Positions 1-12,765 of a stretch of DNA of 64,000 bases are shown here, piece after piece. Within the stretch, counting starts at the first letter, position 1. Every line of letters starts with the position of its first letter. Position numbers and translations under genes: made by a program. This stretch comes from Trueperaceae bacterium (GTDB lineage Bacteria; Deinococcota; Deinococci; Deinococcales; Trueperaceae). Location of the stretch: assembly GCA_034520945.1 (NCBI GenBank), contig JAXHNB010000009.1:32001-96000 (forward strand), in the 5' to 3' direction. Under the pieces are notes generated by a model. It was not told where the DNA came from, searched no databases, and saw only the letters and a list, made by a program, of their open reading frames with translations.

Positions 1-2019
1 GGCGTAGCAGTCCGCAGGGTCGTCGGGCTGGACGTCGAAGTTGGCGCTGTCGGTGCTGTCCCAGCAGTACCCCGGCTTCTGACGTGCGTACACGTCGAAC
101 TCGAGCTCGACCTGTTCATCCTGGAGCACGTCCTGCAAGGCCGGCGAAGAGTTGAAGTCCCACGTGACCACGTGGTTTTGGGAATCGTAGGTGCCGCCAT
201 TGCTGATGGTGCTCTCGACGACGCCAAGCTCGGCCGGCACGGCGTCCCGAATGGTCACGTTGTAGATGTCGCTGCCACTGTCGTTCGACACCGTCACATG
301 CACGGTAGACGTCCACGGATCAACCGATGCCGTCGACGCGTTCGCCGCATCGAGCGTGACGTCAGGGCCAGCCCACGTCAGAACGTGGTTGTCAACTTCC
401 TTGTCGAGCGTGAGGAAGCCACCGACCCATTCCTTCGTGAAGGTGTAGTCCTTGAGCTCGAAGGTGTACAGCTCGTTGCCGTACGGGAACACCGCTACGT
501 ACGTCGCCTCGACGTCCACTTCGATGGGCAGGTCCTCGAGTGAAACATCGTCGTCGGGGACCAACGACACGCCAGTCTGCGTGCCGGATGCAACGTCATC
601 GATGCAGACGGAGCCGTCGTCACTCAAGGCGTCGCACCTCGTCTCGTTCCACGAAACGACATCGTCGTTCTCGCCGGACAGCTCGTACCTCATGTAACCA
701 GGGAAGCCCGGGAAGTCCCACGCGTATCCGTAATCCGCGATGACGCTTTGCAACCCCGATCCACCATTCAGACCCAGGACCGTGGCGTCTGGGGTATTGC
801 CTGGGGTTGCGCCGTTGAACAGGAATTCCTGCCAGCAGCCTTCCGGGAGGAAGGTCAACTCGCCTTCATCGTCGAACTCGATGTCGCAATCGAGCGTGTC
901 CCCAACAGCGAACGGCCCTTCGGACGGCTGCTTCTGCAGCGCGAACGTACCGAAGTGGTGGGCATTGTCGCCTTGCGGATCCCAAATGTTGATGATCGTG
1001 CCAAAGTCGGCCCCGAGCCTCTGGTCGGTGTACTGGAGTTCGGGCTCGAAGTCTTCGTACTCGGCCTCCGGGCCCTGGGTCTCATCGACCCAACTTTCGG
1101 AGCCGACGAGCACGTAGTCCGGGGAGGACTCTTCCTCGTCGATCTGCTCCAGCGGGAACATCTCGCCGAGCCACAAGTGCGACATGTTCAGGAAGAACGT
1201 CTTGAACTCGACGCGCTTCGCGACATTGTCACCACCGACGGCGCTCACGATCAGCTTGGTCGGCTCGGCCTGGAACTCGTCGTCCTCAAAGGCGTTCAGG
1301 ATCTCCTGCCACGAAATGTCCGCGTTCGTCGCCTCGATGACGAAGTGCGCCATCCCCGCATCGTCCGTGACGAGGCCCTGGAAGGTCTGGGTCGCGGAGG
1401 CCGAAAGCCCGGCCGTCGGCTGCCCCGAGTAGATCGCGAGCGCGTCGCTGAAGTCGCCCGTAATGCTCACGGTGACCGGAGCGTTGGTCACGGGATCGCC
1501 GTTCTCGTCCAAGACGAGCACGGACACGCCGACCATCTCTTCGGTCTGCGCGGCGACAAGAGTCGCATCCTTGACGTCATTGACCTCGTCCACTGTGTCG
1601 TAGGCATTGCCGTCGACATCCGCGAAGCTCAACTCGAGAGAGTCGACGTTTGCGACACCTTCGCTCTCAGCCACGAGCGTGACGTTGACGACCGTCTCAT
1701 CGCCTGCAGACACCGTGACACTCTGTTGGCCACCGTCGAGATACCCATCCGCTGTCGCCTCGACGGCGTACGTGCCTGCGGCCACGTCGGGAATGGTGAA
1801 CGTACTAGCGTTGGATTGGCTTCCGAGCTCGTTGCCCTCGGAGTCCGTGACGACGATTTGGGCGTCGACGGGGTTACCGGTGTTGGCATCCGACACGTTG
1901 ACCACGAGGGTGCCCGTGTCAGGGCCGTTGCCTCCGTTGTCCCCGTCGTCGCTGGTCCCGCAGGCGGCCAGAATCATGGCCGACGCTACGAGCAGCAACA
2001 GATACTTGAGCATATTCAT
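1..2019 (-). CDS. Large acidic surface lipoprotein with Ig-like/DUF11-type domains (partial, runs off window start)
   Basis: Not in the ORF track. Translated by hand at both ends: AGGAGG RBS, then MNMLKYLLLLVASAMILAAC (lipobox) GTSDDGDNGG...; the same frame near base 1 reads NVTIRDAVPAELGVVESTISNGGTYD...VVTWD, a DUF11-like motif. Confidence 0.8.
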   Translation of the reverse strand, partial: MNMLKYLLLLVASAMILAACGTSDDGDNGGNGPDTGTLVVNVSDANTGNPVDAQIVVTDSEGNELGSQSNASTFTIPDVAAGTYAVEATADGYLDGGQQSVTVSAGDETVVNVTLVAESEGVANVDSLELSFADVDGNAYDTVDEVNDVKDATLVAAQTEEMVGVSVLVLDENGDPVTNAPVTVSITGDFSDALAIYSGQPTAGLSASATQTFQGLVTDDAGMAHFVIEATNADISWQEILNAFEDDEFQAEPTKLIVSAVGGDNVAKRVEFKTFFLNMSHLWLGEMFPLEQIDEEESSPDYVLVGSESWVDETQGPEAEYEDFEPELQYTDQRLGADFGTIINIWDPQGDNAHHFGTFALQKQPSEGPFAVGDTLDCDIEFDDEGELTFLPEGCWQEFLFNGATPGNTPDATVLGLNGGSGLQSVIADYGYAWDFPGFPGYMRYELSGENDDVVSWNETRCDALSDDGSVCIDDVASGTQTGVSLVPDDDVSLEDLPIEVDVEATYVAVFPYGNELYTFELKDYTFTKEWVGGFLTLDKEVDNHVLTWAGPDVTLDAANASTASVDPWTSTVHVTVSNDSGSDIYNVTIRDAVPAELGVVESTISNGGTYDSQNHVVTWDFNSSPALQDVLQDEQVELEFDVYARQKPGYCWDSTDSANFDVQPDDPADCYA

Positions 2020-2684
2020 TGCTTCCTCCTGCTTTGGGTTTTTTGCGACCACGTTTGTGTCATGGCTTTCAAGTGCGAACCCTCCCTTGACCTGAGCGGT
2101 CGTCTAGCTCCTCCGTCGCGATGTCGGCGCGCGGCCGAAGCCACCACGTAGGCGTGGCGCCCTAGGGTACCACGATACGGGCAACCCCCTCATGGAGCAA
2201 GACGAGAAAGGTTGCGAGCCACGCACGGGTCCTGCGTGTAGAGAACGGATGGTCACGAATGATCAGTCCCGCTGGTCGGAAACGCGAGTGGTCCGAGTTT
2301 CCTCTGCTTCCGAGCCCCGGGCACGTCACCCGCGCCAAGACTGCTGACGGTTGCCAGACCGCTGTCCCGCACCTCCTTCCGCGCCAGTCCACACAAGCGC
2401 CAACATCCGCCTGCGACTATCGCACGCGGACACGTCCCTGTCAACGAAAATGCCACTCCATGAGGGCTTCTTGTGAGCGAGTTCGCATTGGCACGGACGC
2501 ACTTGACCCACGCACTCGTGCCCAAACGCACAGGCCGGACGTGCTCCCGTCGCGGCCCAGGGTTGGCCGCGAGCCGCGGTCCGTGTGGCCTGTCGGCGCA
2601 CACGGACGCTGGACGGCACCTCGCGCGTCTCGCTCCCCCGCACGATCATGCGACGTTCGCGGGGAAAACCCTCATCTCCTTGCA

Positions 2685-4119
2685 TCATCTCACCTCCTTT
2701 CCAGCCACGGCCGTTTCGCCTCCCGACTCGGGTGCCTCGACGCTGGCGGCGAAGGTCGGCAACGTCACCACGAAGGTGGCGCCGTGCCCGGGCTCGGACC
2801 GGACCGCGATGGTCCCGCCGAGCAGCGTGGTCAGGCGACGGACGACGGCCAAGCCCAACCCGGTGCCGCCGGAGCCGGTGACGTAGCGACCGAAGATGGC
2901 CTCGCGCTCTTCCGGGCGCAGGCCGGGCCCGTCGTCCTCCACCTCGAGGCGGAGCGTCTCGCCCGGCAGGCTTTTGCCGTCGTCTGCTTCAGGCGGGCCG
3001 TCCTCGGGCGTCCCCACGCGCACGGTCACGCCCTGTGGCCGGCCGGCCGCGCGGACGGCGTTGCGCACCAGGTTGCGAAGCACCTGGCGCATCCGGACGG
3101 GATCCACGACCACCCGCAGGTCCGCGTCGTCCGCGTCCTGCGACCCGTCCACCAGGGGCACGCCCTCGAGGTGAACGCCGGGATAGGCAGCGGTGACCTG
3201 GCGCGCCAGCTGGCCCAGGTCCACCACCTCCCACGAAAGCTCGGCGTCCAGGTCACCGCGCGCCAACGTCAGCAGGTCCTTCGAGGCGTGCAACAACTCG
3301 TCGGAGGCGGCCTCGGCGGCGCGGAGGCGCTCGCGTTCCTCGGGGGTGGCAGCGTCGGACCACCGGCGGGCCAGATGGCTCAGGTGCCCCGTCACCACGG
3401 TGAGCGGCGCGGCCAACTCGTGCGCCACGTCCGCCAACCGTTCGCGTTCCGCCTGCCGGTACGACCGGATCGCGTCCAGGGCGCGGTTCAGGCCGCTCGC
3501 GACCATGCCGACCTCGTCCTGCGGCCCGTCGTAGCGGGCCATGTGCGGGTCGACGGGATCCACCGCCGACGCCTCCTGCGCCAGACGGGTGAGGGGCCGC
3601 AAGGTCCGCCGGACGGACAGCACCACGAAAGCTCCGGCCAGCAGCACGAACGCCGCCCCCGTCCAGGCCAGGGTGCGGCGGAGCGTGGCGCGGGCCGCGG
3701 CGGCGTCCGCCATCGACACCGCGATGCGGATGGTGCCGGCCTCCACGCCGGAGGGCAGCACCCACGGGGCGGAGGCCACCGTCCACGGGCCCCTCCTCCA
3801 CCTGCTGCAGGCGCTCGGCGTCCATGGGGGTCGGCTCCTGGGCCAGGGGGAGCGCCGGCTGGGTCGGGTCCGGCAGCTGCACCCGGCCGTCGCGGGACAC
3901 GAACTGCAGCATGAAGTCGTCGCGCGGCCCCAGCAGCCTCTCGCCCGGCGATCCCGCCTCCACGACCGACGCTACGCGCTCCAGGTCGCGTTGGGCCAGC
4001 GAGGCGTACTCGCGGCGTTGCAACTCGCCGAAGGCGGCGTCGGTGGTGAGAATCACCGCGGCGACCGTGACCACCAGCGTGCACAGCACCAGCAGGGTGA
4101 GGCGGTCCCTCAGGAGCAC
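2685..4119 (-). pseudogene. HAMP sensor histidine kinase, split by an apparent +1 frameshift near 3786-3793
   Basis: N-terminal TM/periplasmic part in ORF 3253..4119; TM2-HAMP-HisKA (ADVAHELAAPL)-HATPase (NLVRNA, DDGPG, GTGLGL) in ORF 2685..3779. Real lesion or sequencing error. Confidence 0.8.
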
Positions 4120-4159
4120 GCGGGGCGCCTCCTTCCCACACCGCGGGTCTTCGGGGCGC

Positions 4160-4819
4160 TCATGCGACCGTGTACCCCTTGCCGCGGACCGTCTGGATCA
4201 CGTCGTTCTCGCCCAGGTCCGCCAGTTTCCTGCGCACCTGCGACACGAACACCTGCACCGTGTTGGACTCCGGCAACTCGCCGTCGTAGAGGCGCCGTTC
4301 CAGCTCGTCGCGCGTGAACACCTTGCCGGGGTGCGCCAGCAACAGCCGCAGCAGTTCCGCCTCCCGCTCGGGCAGCACCACTTCGCGGCCGCCCGCCCGC
4401 AGGGTACGAGTCTCGACCTGCAGGCGCAGCGAGCCGTACTCGAGCACGTCGCTGCCGGCACTCTCGCGCATCCGGACGTGCACGCGCGCCACCAGTTCAC
4501 GCACGTCGAACGGCTTGGGGACGTAATCGCTGGCGCCGGCGTACAACCCGGCCACGCGGCTGTCCACGTCGGTGCGCGCGGTCAGCATCAAGATAGGCAC
4601 CTCGTCGTCGCGAAGCCGTTCCGCCACCTCGAGGCCGTCCATGTCCGGCAGGTTCAGGTCCAGCACGGCCAGGTCGAAGGCCTTGAGGGCCGCCTCGCCC
4701 AGGCCGTCGCCGCCCGTGCCGGCCTCGATCACCTCGTACCCCAGCGTCCGCAGCTCGCGGGCGACGAGGTCCCGCAGTGCGCCGTCGTCCTCGATGAACA
4801 GGATCCGTCCGCGCGTCAC
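4160..4819 (-). CDS. OmpR-family response regulator
   Basis: ILFIEDD, LDLNLPDMDG, KPF receiver motifs; winged-helix C-terminus IQTVRGKGY. Confidence 0.95.
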   Translation of the reverse strand: MTRGRILFIEDDGALRDLVARELRTLGYEVIEAGTGGDGLGEAALKAFDLAVLDLNLPDMDGLEVAERLRDDEVPILMLTARTDVDSRVAGLYAGASDYVPKPFDVRELVARVHVRMRESAGSDVLEYGSLRLQVETRTLRAGGREVVLPEREAELLRLLLAHPGKVFTRDELERRLYDGELPESNTVQVFVSQVRRKLADLGENDVIQTVRGKGYTVA

Positions 4820-5760
4820 GGCAGGTCCAGGTCGACCGATCCGGAAGCGTCGTCCTCATCTTCGTCGTCCTGATCTGCGTCCTCGCCGGACGCATCCTCG
4901 TCGCCTTCATCCTCGTCGTCGTCTTCCCCACCGACGTCCACGTCCGCATCCACGCCCACGTCGACGCCGCCGTCCCCGTCGTTCTGCTCGTCCGGGACGT
5001 CCTGGTCGTCTTGCTCGTCTTGGGCGGGCTCGTCGTCGCCGCCGTCCTGTGGCGCGTCCGAACCGGGGACGTCCGGCGCCTCGTCCGGAACGTCATCCGG
5101 CACCTCGTCCGGCAGGTCGGGGCGGGCGGGTCCGGCGCCGTCTTCGTCTCCGCCTTCGTCCTCGGGGTCGGCCTGCGGCGGGCGGCGATCGTCGTCCTGC
5201 CGTGGGCTGCCGTCGCCTGCCCCGTCGCCTGGGCGATCCCCCGGCGCGTCGGCGCTGCGGCCGGGCGCATCGTCGTCGGGTGCGCCCTCGGGCGCCGCGT
5301 CGGCAGCACCCCCGTCGCTCGCCTGGCTGGGCATTGCGTCCGGCAAGACCACCTGCCTGCGACCGTCGGGCCAGGACAGGCTCAGGATGCGCCCCTCGTC
5401 CGCCAGCGCGGCGGCCACGTCCACCTCGCTACCGCCGGCGTCCGTGAGCGTCAGCGACTGTCCATTCCACCGACCCCGGTACGGCTGCGAAGCTCCCTCC
5501 GGCGTGACCACCACGACGCGGAACTCCGCCAGCTCCTCCGACAGTTCCAGGTTCAGGCCGGACTCGCTCAGCGTGCCGTACCCGACGAACCGACTGCCGC
5601 TGGTGTCGGTGATCAGCACCTCGCTGCCGAGGGGCGGCGAGAACGCCAAGACCCAGGCCGTGCAGGCCAAGGCCAGCACCCCCAGGACCAGGCGCCGCGC
5701 CACCTCGGAAGACCCGTGCCCCCCCTGCGTACTTCGAACTGTCTTCGGCCGAACGATCAT
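4816..5760 (-). CDS. Exported protein with a long Asp/Glu-rich low-complexity tail
   Basis: Signal-like segment RRLVLGVLALACTAWVLA; GGAG RBS; stop overlaps the regulator start. Confidence 0.75.
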   Translation of the reverse strand: MIVRPKTVRSTQGGHGSSEVARRLVLGVLALACTAWVLAFSPPLGSEVLITDTSGSRFVGYGTLSESGLNLELSEELAEFRVVVVTPEGASQPYRGRWNGQSLTLTDAGGSEVDVAAALADEGRILSLSWPDGRRQVVLPDAMPSQASDGGAADAAPEGAPDDDAPGRSADAPGDRPGDGAGDGSPRQDDDRRPPQADPEDEGGDEDGAGPARPDLPDEVPDDVPDEAPDVPGSDAPQDGGDDEPAQDEQDDQDVPDEQNDGDGGVDVGVDADVDVGGEDDDEDEGDEDASGEDADQDDEDEDDASGSVDLDLP

Positions 5761-5850
5761 CGGCGCTCCTCCTTCGAGTTTTCCTCATCATGCCGGCCCC
5801 CCGCGTGGCGCGTGGGGCTCTGGGCTCACAGCCCAGTGCACCGTGCCGAC

Positions 5851-5921
5851 CTGAAGGCCGCCTGAAGCGCGCCCCAGCCGGGCCACACCGAGCCGGCGGC
5901 TCGACTTCAGCGAGGCTTAAG
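5851..5921. promoter_or_regulatory. Two OmpR-type direct-repeat boxes (CTT[C/A]AG-N5-CTT[C/A]AG), one facing each divergent gene
   Basis: CTGAAG-gccgc-CTGAAG at 5851-5867 (reads CTTCAG-N5-CTTCAG on minus) and CTTCAG-cgagg-CTTAAG at 5905-5921. Confidence 0.65.
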
Positions 5922-6024
5922 CAACGGCGTCCAAGGTGAAGGGTGAACGCGCCAGGAGAAGGCGCGGGAGGCGCAGGCGACGCCCATCAGGGACGCACCG
6001 CACGCGCCGGAAAGGAGACGAACA

Positions 6025-6921
6025 ATGTTCAAGCGACTTACGTTCACGGTGATGCTGGTCTTGTTCCTGCCGCTCGCGGCAGCGCAGGAGGTCAGCGCTG
6101 AGTCGACGCTCGAGGCGGAGGGGAACCTCACGTTCTACGACGGCGAGGGCAACGTCCTTGACCTGGACGGCGAGCTTTCGCAGGCGACGAGCGTGGAGTT
6201 CACCACCGAGAGTGGCAACACGTTCACCTTCGACCTCGAAGGCGGCGCCGAGTCGGTCGCCGACATGCGCGTGAACGTCGACAGCGACGACGGCGAGGCG
6301 CCGAGCCTGGCGTCGATCGTGGCGCGCCTGACCGCTGCCGAGCGGCAAGAGCTCGACGTGACCACGATGGTCGAGGACGGCATCGTGACCTACGTGGCGA
6401 TCTCCGGCCCGGCCGGTCCCGCAAAGAGCTCGGTCAGCGTCGACGGTGAGGAAGAAACCGACGTCGAGGCCGACGCGGAAATTGAAGGCGATGCCGAAGC
6501 GAAAGTCGGCGCCAGCGTCTCGGTAAACGTGAACGAGGAGACGGGCGAGACCACCCAAACCGTCGATACGCCCTCGGGCGCGACCGTGACCGTGACGAAG
6601 GACACCGACGTCGAAGGTGAAGAGAACGCCGGCGCCAGCGTCGAAGTGGAACTTCCCGACACGCCCGGCGCCTCCGACGAGCGCCCCGAGGACGAGGGCC
6701 AACGTCCGGACGAGCCCGGCCAGCCCGAAGACGAAGAAGACGGCGACGACAACGGCGCGGACGCCGAGGCGGAAGCCGAAGCGGAGACCGAAGCCGAAGG
6801 CAGCGCCGAGGTCGGCGAAGAGAACAGCCCTGACGCCGAGGGCAAAGCCGAAGTCGAAGTCGACATGGACGTCGACGCGGACGGCGAAGTCGACGTCGGC
6901 CAGGGCGGCGACGAAGACTGA
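6025..6921 (+). CDS. Secreted, extremely acidic hypothetical protein
   Basis: AAAGGAG RBS; signal peptide MFKRLTFTVMLVLFLPLAAA; E/D/A/V-rich body. Confidence 0.85.
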   Translation: MFKRLTFTVMLVLFLPLAAAQEVSAESTLEAEGNLTFYDGEGNVLDLDGELSQATSVEFTTESGNTFTFDLEGGAESVADMRVNVDSDDGEAPSLASIVARLTAAERQELDVTTMVEDGIVTYVAISGPAGPAKSSVSVDGEEETDVEADAEIEGDAEAKVGASVSVNVNEETGETTQTVDTPSGATVTVTKDTDVEGEENAGASVEVELPDTPGASDERPEDEGQRPDEPGQPEDEEDGDDNGADAEAEAEAETEAEGSAEVGEENSPDAEGKAEVEVDMDVDADGEVDVGQGGDED

Positions 6922-7065
6922 GCCTTACGGGCCTTCTCTCAGCACGTGACCGAGCGTCGCGTGCAGGTCCGAGTGACGACGCGGTGGGCGAACGTGCCCA
7001 CCGCGTCATTGTTTTGGCTGCGCCAGCAAAAACGTGCGCCCGCGCGGCGCGCCACGACCGATGGC

Positions 7066-8256
7066 TCAGGCCGAAAGCTGCGACCGGTTGCTGCGCAATA
7101 CGGCGAAGGCCAACCCCGCGGCCGGCAACAGGAAGGCGAAACCGGCGATCAGCGCCGGGCCGATCCCGACGGCCTGCTGCAGCGCGCCGAAGGCGATGTA
7201 CGCCACCCCCGCGATCCCCCAGGTGAACCCCATCAGCATGCCCGACGCGGTCGCGACGGCGTTGGGGGCGAGGTCCTGCGCGCTGACCACCAGCAGCGGG
7301 ATGGCCCCGTTGGTGAAGGCCCCGGCCGCGGCGACCACCAGGTAGAACTCGGCGGAGCCGGCCGGCAGGAGCAGGGTCGAGAGCAGCAACGGGAACGCCG
7401 TCAGCATGGTGCCGGTGATGAGCCGGATGCGGCCCACCCGGTGTTCCAGCGCGCCGGTCGTCAGCACGCCCAGCGAGGCGGCGACGCCGTACGCCCCCAA
7501 CGTCCAGCCGATGATGGGCGCGTCCGGCGCGAAGCCGCGCACGTTGACCAGAAACAGCGGCATGGCGTTCAAGAAGCTGATGAACGCCACGGCGCGCAGG
7601 ATGCCCACCCCCGCCAACAGCCCGACCGGCCCGAGGAACAGGGCTCGGTCGAAGATCTTGGGTCGGTGCGCGCGTTCCGGACGGTCCTGCGTCGGCGCCA
7701 GACCCAGCAGTGCCAGGCCCAATGCCACCCCGACGACGGCCAGCCAGGGGACGTACGCCGCGCCGTAGGTTCGCAGGATCCACAGCGCCACCACCGGCAT
7801 GGCGGCCGACCCGAGCGGCCCGCCGGCCGTGAACAACCCCACGGCGAAGCCCTTGCGGGAGCCGGCGCTGCGCGCCATCGAGGCGGCGGCGGGGTGGTAG
7901 ATGGCGGAGCCGAGCCCGCCGATGGCCAGCAACAGGAACAGCGCCCACACCGTGGGCACCACCGCCAGGAAGCTCATCAGCACCGAGCCAGTGATCAGGC
8001 CCAGGGCGGCGGCGCGGCGGCGGCCCCAGCGGTCGGCCAGGGCGCCGGCGAAGGCCTGCAGCACGTTGGAGGAGAACGAGATGAGCGCGACGAAGCCGGC
8101 CAGGGCCGCTTCGCCCAGGCCGAAGCGGGCCTGCAGCGTGGGCAGGAAGGCCGGAAGCACGTTGGTGAAGGCGTCGTTGGTGGCGTGCGTGAGGCTCAGC
8201 AGCAGTGCCAGGCTGGCGCCCCCGAGGACGGTGCGGCGTGCGGCGACCGGCATCAT
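7066..8256 (-). CDS. MFS transporter (Fsr-like)
   Basis: THATNDAF, GALADRWGRR, SAIYHP motifs; about 12 TM segments; start placed at MMPVAARR. Confidence 0.9.
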   Translation of the reverse strand: MMPVAARRTVLGGASLALLLSLTHATNDAFTNVLPAFLPTLQARFGLGEAALAGFVALISFSSNVLQAFAGALADRWGRRRAAALGLITGSVLMSFLAVVPTVWALFLLLAIGGLGSAIYHPAAASMARSAGSRKGFAVGLFTAGGPLGSAAMPVVALWILRTYGAAYVPWLAVVGVALGLALLGLAPTQDRPERAHRPKIFDRALFLGPVGLLAGVGILRAVAFISFLNAMPLFLVNVRGFAPDAPIIGWTLGAYGVAASLGVLTTGALEHRVGRIRLITGTMLTAFPLLLSTLLLPAGSAEFYLVVAAAGAFTNGAIPLLVVSAQDLAPNAVATASGMLMGFTWGIAGVAYIAFGALQQAVGIGPALIAGFAFLLPAAGLAFAVLRSNRSQLSA

Positions 8257-8348
8257 CCGCGCAGTGTACGCCCAGGCCGTCCGCGAGGTGGGCGCGGCGC
8301 CCCCGGTGCCGATCACGCGCCACCTCGCCAGGAGCTCGCTCCGTACGC

Positions 8349-9545
<1,197 letters not shown>

Positions 9546-9546
9546 G

Positions 9547-10321
<775 letters not shown>

Positions 10322-10335
<14 letters not shown>

Positions 10336-11689
10336 GTGGGTCCCCTCCCCCGGTTTGCGGATAGGTGACGGCCGCCCCGTCGGACAACATGTCGAGGCCC
10401 ACCACCGCGATCGGGTCGCCTTCGGCCAGCGGGGAGGCCGTGGGGTCCAGCGCCGCGACGGTGGCGTTGCGGTCCAGCACCGCGACCTCGACGCGCTCGG
10501 CCGTGCCGCGATCGCCCTCTTCGGCGGCATCGACGCGGTAGACGAAGGCGGGATCGTCATCGGGCTCGGTGATCGCCTCCAGCGGCACCAATAGCGCGTC
10601 TTGCCGTTCTGCCACGCGCACGCGGGCCGTGACGGTGTAGCCGGGACGGACCGCGCCGCCCGCCTGCGGGTCGTCGCCGGTGAACTGGAGCATCACCTCG
10701 ACCTGCGCGCCGCCGCCCTCGCGGGTGGCGACGGGGCTCAGGCGCGCCACGCGCGCGGGCAGGCGCCGCCGCGTGTTCGCGTCGGGGACGATCTCGGCGG
10801 GTTGATCATTCGCCAGTTCGCTGGCGCGGTTCTCGTCGAAGGTGGCGCGGACGCGGAGTTCACGGGGGTCGGCCACGGTAACGACCGGTTGCGTACCGAC
10901 CGCGTCCCCCACCTCGACGTCCAACGTGGCGACGACGCCGTCGAACGGTGCGCGCAGCTCGGCGTCGGCCAGGCGCGCCTCCAGGTTGGCCACCTCGGTC
11001 TCCAGTTGCGCCACGTTGGCGTCGGCGCTGGAGCGTTGTGCCTCCGCCAGCGACTGCTGGTTGTCGAGGCGCGTGCGGGCCGACTCGAGGGCGAGCTCCG
11101 CCTGGCGCAGGCTGCGGGCGGCCGCGTCGCGGGCGTCGCGGGCGTCCTGCAGCTCGTCGCGCGAGGCGGCACCCAGCTCGAACAGCCGCTGCACGCGGTC
11201 CAGGTCCGCTTCGCGGCCGCGCAGGTCGCTGGCGGCCTGGGCGCGAGCGTCCTCCGCCTCGGCCACGGCGGACGCTGCGTCGAGCCTGTCCACACGAAGC
11301 TGCGCCTGCGTACGTTCACGCTCGGCACGGGCTGACGCCAGCGAGGCGCGGGTCGAGGCCAGGCTGCGCTCCAGCTCGGCCACGTCCAGCCGCACCAGCG
11401 GATCGCCTTCCGAGACTGGATCGCCCTCCTCGACCCGCACCTCGCCCACCGTGCCCGCGTTGCGAAACGCCAACGCCCGCTCGCGGACCGCTTCGACCAC
11501 GCCGCTTCCGGTGACCTCCCGCAGAAACGCCCCCCGCGGGAGCGGCTCGACCACCACCGAGACGGGGGCGGGCCCCCCGCCGCCCCGCAGCGCGATCGCC
11601 ACGGCGGCGCCCGCCACCACGAGCAAACCCACGCCCCAGAACCACCGCCGCCGGCGTCGCCGCCGCGCGGCGCTCGCGTCCGTACTCAC
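10322..11689 (-). CDS. Efflux membrane fusion protein (HlyD/MacA-like)
   Basis: N-terminal TM, lipoyl half-motifs (VEEGDPVSEGDPLVRLD; LRAPFDGVV), long coiled coil. Confidence 0.93.
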
Positions 11690-12765
11690 GAGCCGGCCCC
11701 CAGGATCGCCATCTCGAGCGAACGCAGGGCGTCCAGCAGATCGTGCCGCGCCGCGCGAAGCTGGTTCTCGCTCCGCATCGCGTCCAACCGGCTGCGTTCG
11801 AGTTCGATGGCGGCGATGCTGCCCGCCTCGAAGCGCACCTCCTGCACCTCGACGTCCTCCCGGGCGGTGGCGCGCTGCTCGCGGGCGTTCGCCAGGCTGC
11901 CCTCGGCGGCCAGCGCGGCGTCGTGCGCCTGCCGGATCGACAACGCCAACGTGCGGGCCAACTCGTCGGCACGCAACCGGGCCGTCTCGAGGCGGTCGCG
12001 CGCCGCCTCGATCTCCGAGGGCGGCGTCGTGAACGGCACGTCGGTCGCGGCCAGCCGCGCCTCGGCCAGCACCACCGAGCGCCGCGCGGATCGCAGGGAG
12101 GCGTTCTCCTCCAGGCGATCGAGGGCGTCCTCGACCGAACCCACGTCGGGCACGTCGGTCACGTTCCGCAACGGCGGCAACGCCTGCGTGACGTCCAAGA
12201 GGCTGCCCAGGCGATCCTGCGCCAGGTCGCGGGCCTGCACGGCGTTTCGCACGTCGCGCTCCGTCTCCCGGACGGCGTCCTCGGCGCGCCGCACGTCGCT
12301 CTGCGTGGCGGCGCCGGCCTCCAGGCGGATGCGGGTGGCCTCGGCTTCGGTGCGGGCGATATCACGGGCCGTCTCGGCCACCGCCACCCGCCCCTCGGCG
12401 TCGACCCCCTCGGCGAAGGCGTCGCCGGCGCCGTCACGGGCGGCGGCCTCTGCGTTGCGGAGCGTGTCCCGCGCCGCCTCCACGGCGTGGCGCGCCTCCA
12501 ACAGCGGGACGCGCAGACTGGTGGGGTCGGATTCGACCCGCGCCAACGCCCGCTCGGCGCTGGCGAGGTCCAAGCGCGCGGTGCGCACGTCGGTCGAGGC
12601 CTCGACGGCCAGGTTCATGACGCTCGCCAGGTCCAAGGGGTCGGGCACGGCCTCGCGTTCGACGTCGGACGCACCCGACTGGGCCGCGGCCGCGCTCAGA
12701 ACGGCAAAAATCAACAGAAGGCGAAGGGCGAGCCCGAGGGGGCGACGGGAAATCATCATGTTCAC
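11686..12765 (-). CDS. TolC-family outer membrane efflux protein
   Basis: Signal peptide, repeated helical segments (RLEAGAATQSDV; RFEAGSIAAIEL), operon context. Confidence 0.8.
   Translation of the reverse strand: MNMMISRRPLGLALRLLLIFAVLSAAAAQSGASDVEREAVPDPLDLASVMNLAVEASTDVRTARLDLASAERALARVESDPTSLRVPLLEARHAVEAARDTLRNAEAAARDGAGDAFAEGVDAEGRVAVAETARDIARTEAEATRIRLEAGAATQSDVRRAEDAVRETERDVRNAVQARDLAQDRLGSLLDVTQALPPLRNVTDVPDVGSVEDALDRLEENASLRSARRSVVLAEARLAATDVPFTTPPSEIEAARDRLETARLRADELARTLALSIRQAHDAALAAEGSLANAREQRATAREDVEVQEVRFEAGSIAAIELERSRLDAMRSENQLRAARHDLLDALRSLEMAILGAGS

Noticed and set aside
2020..2684. c-di-GMP or c-di-AMP riboswitch in the long leader
   Set aside because: Only short fragmentary resemblances (e.g. 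AACCGTCAGC on minus); the full consensus is not seen
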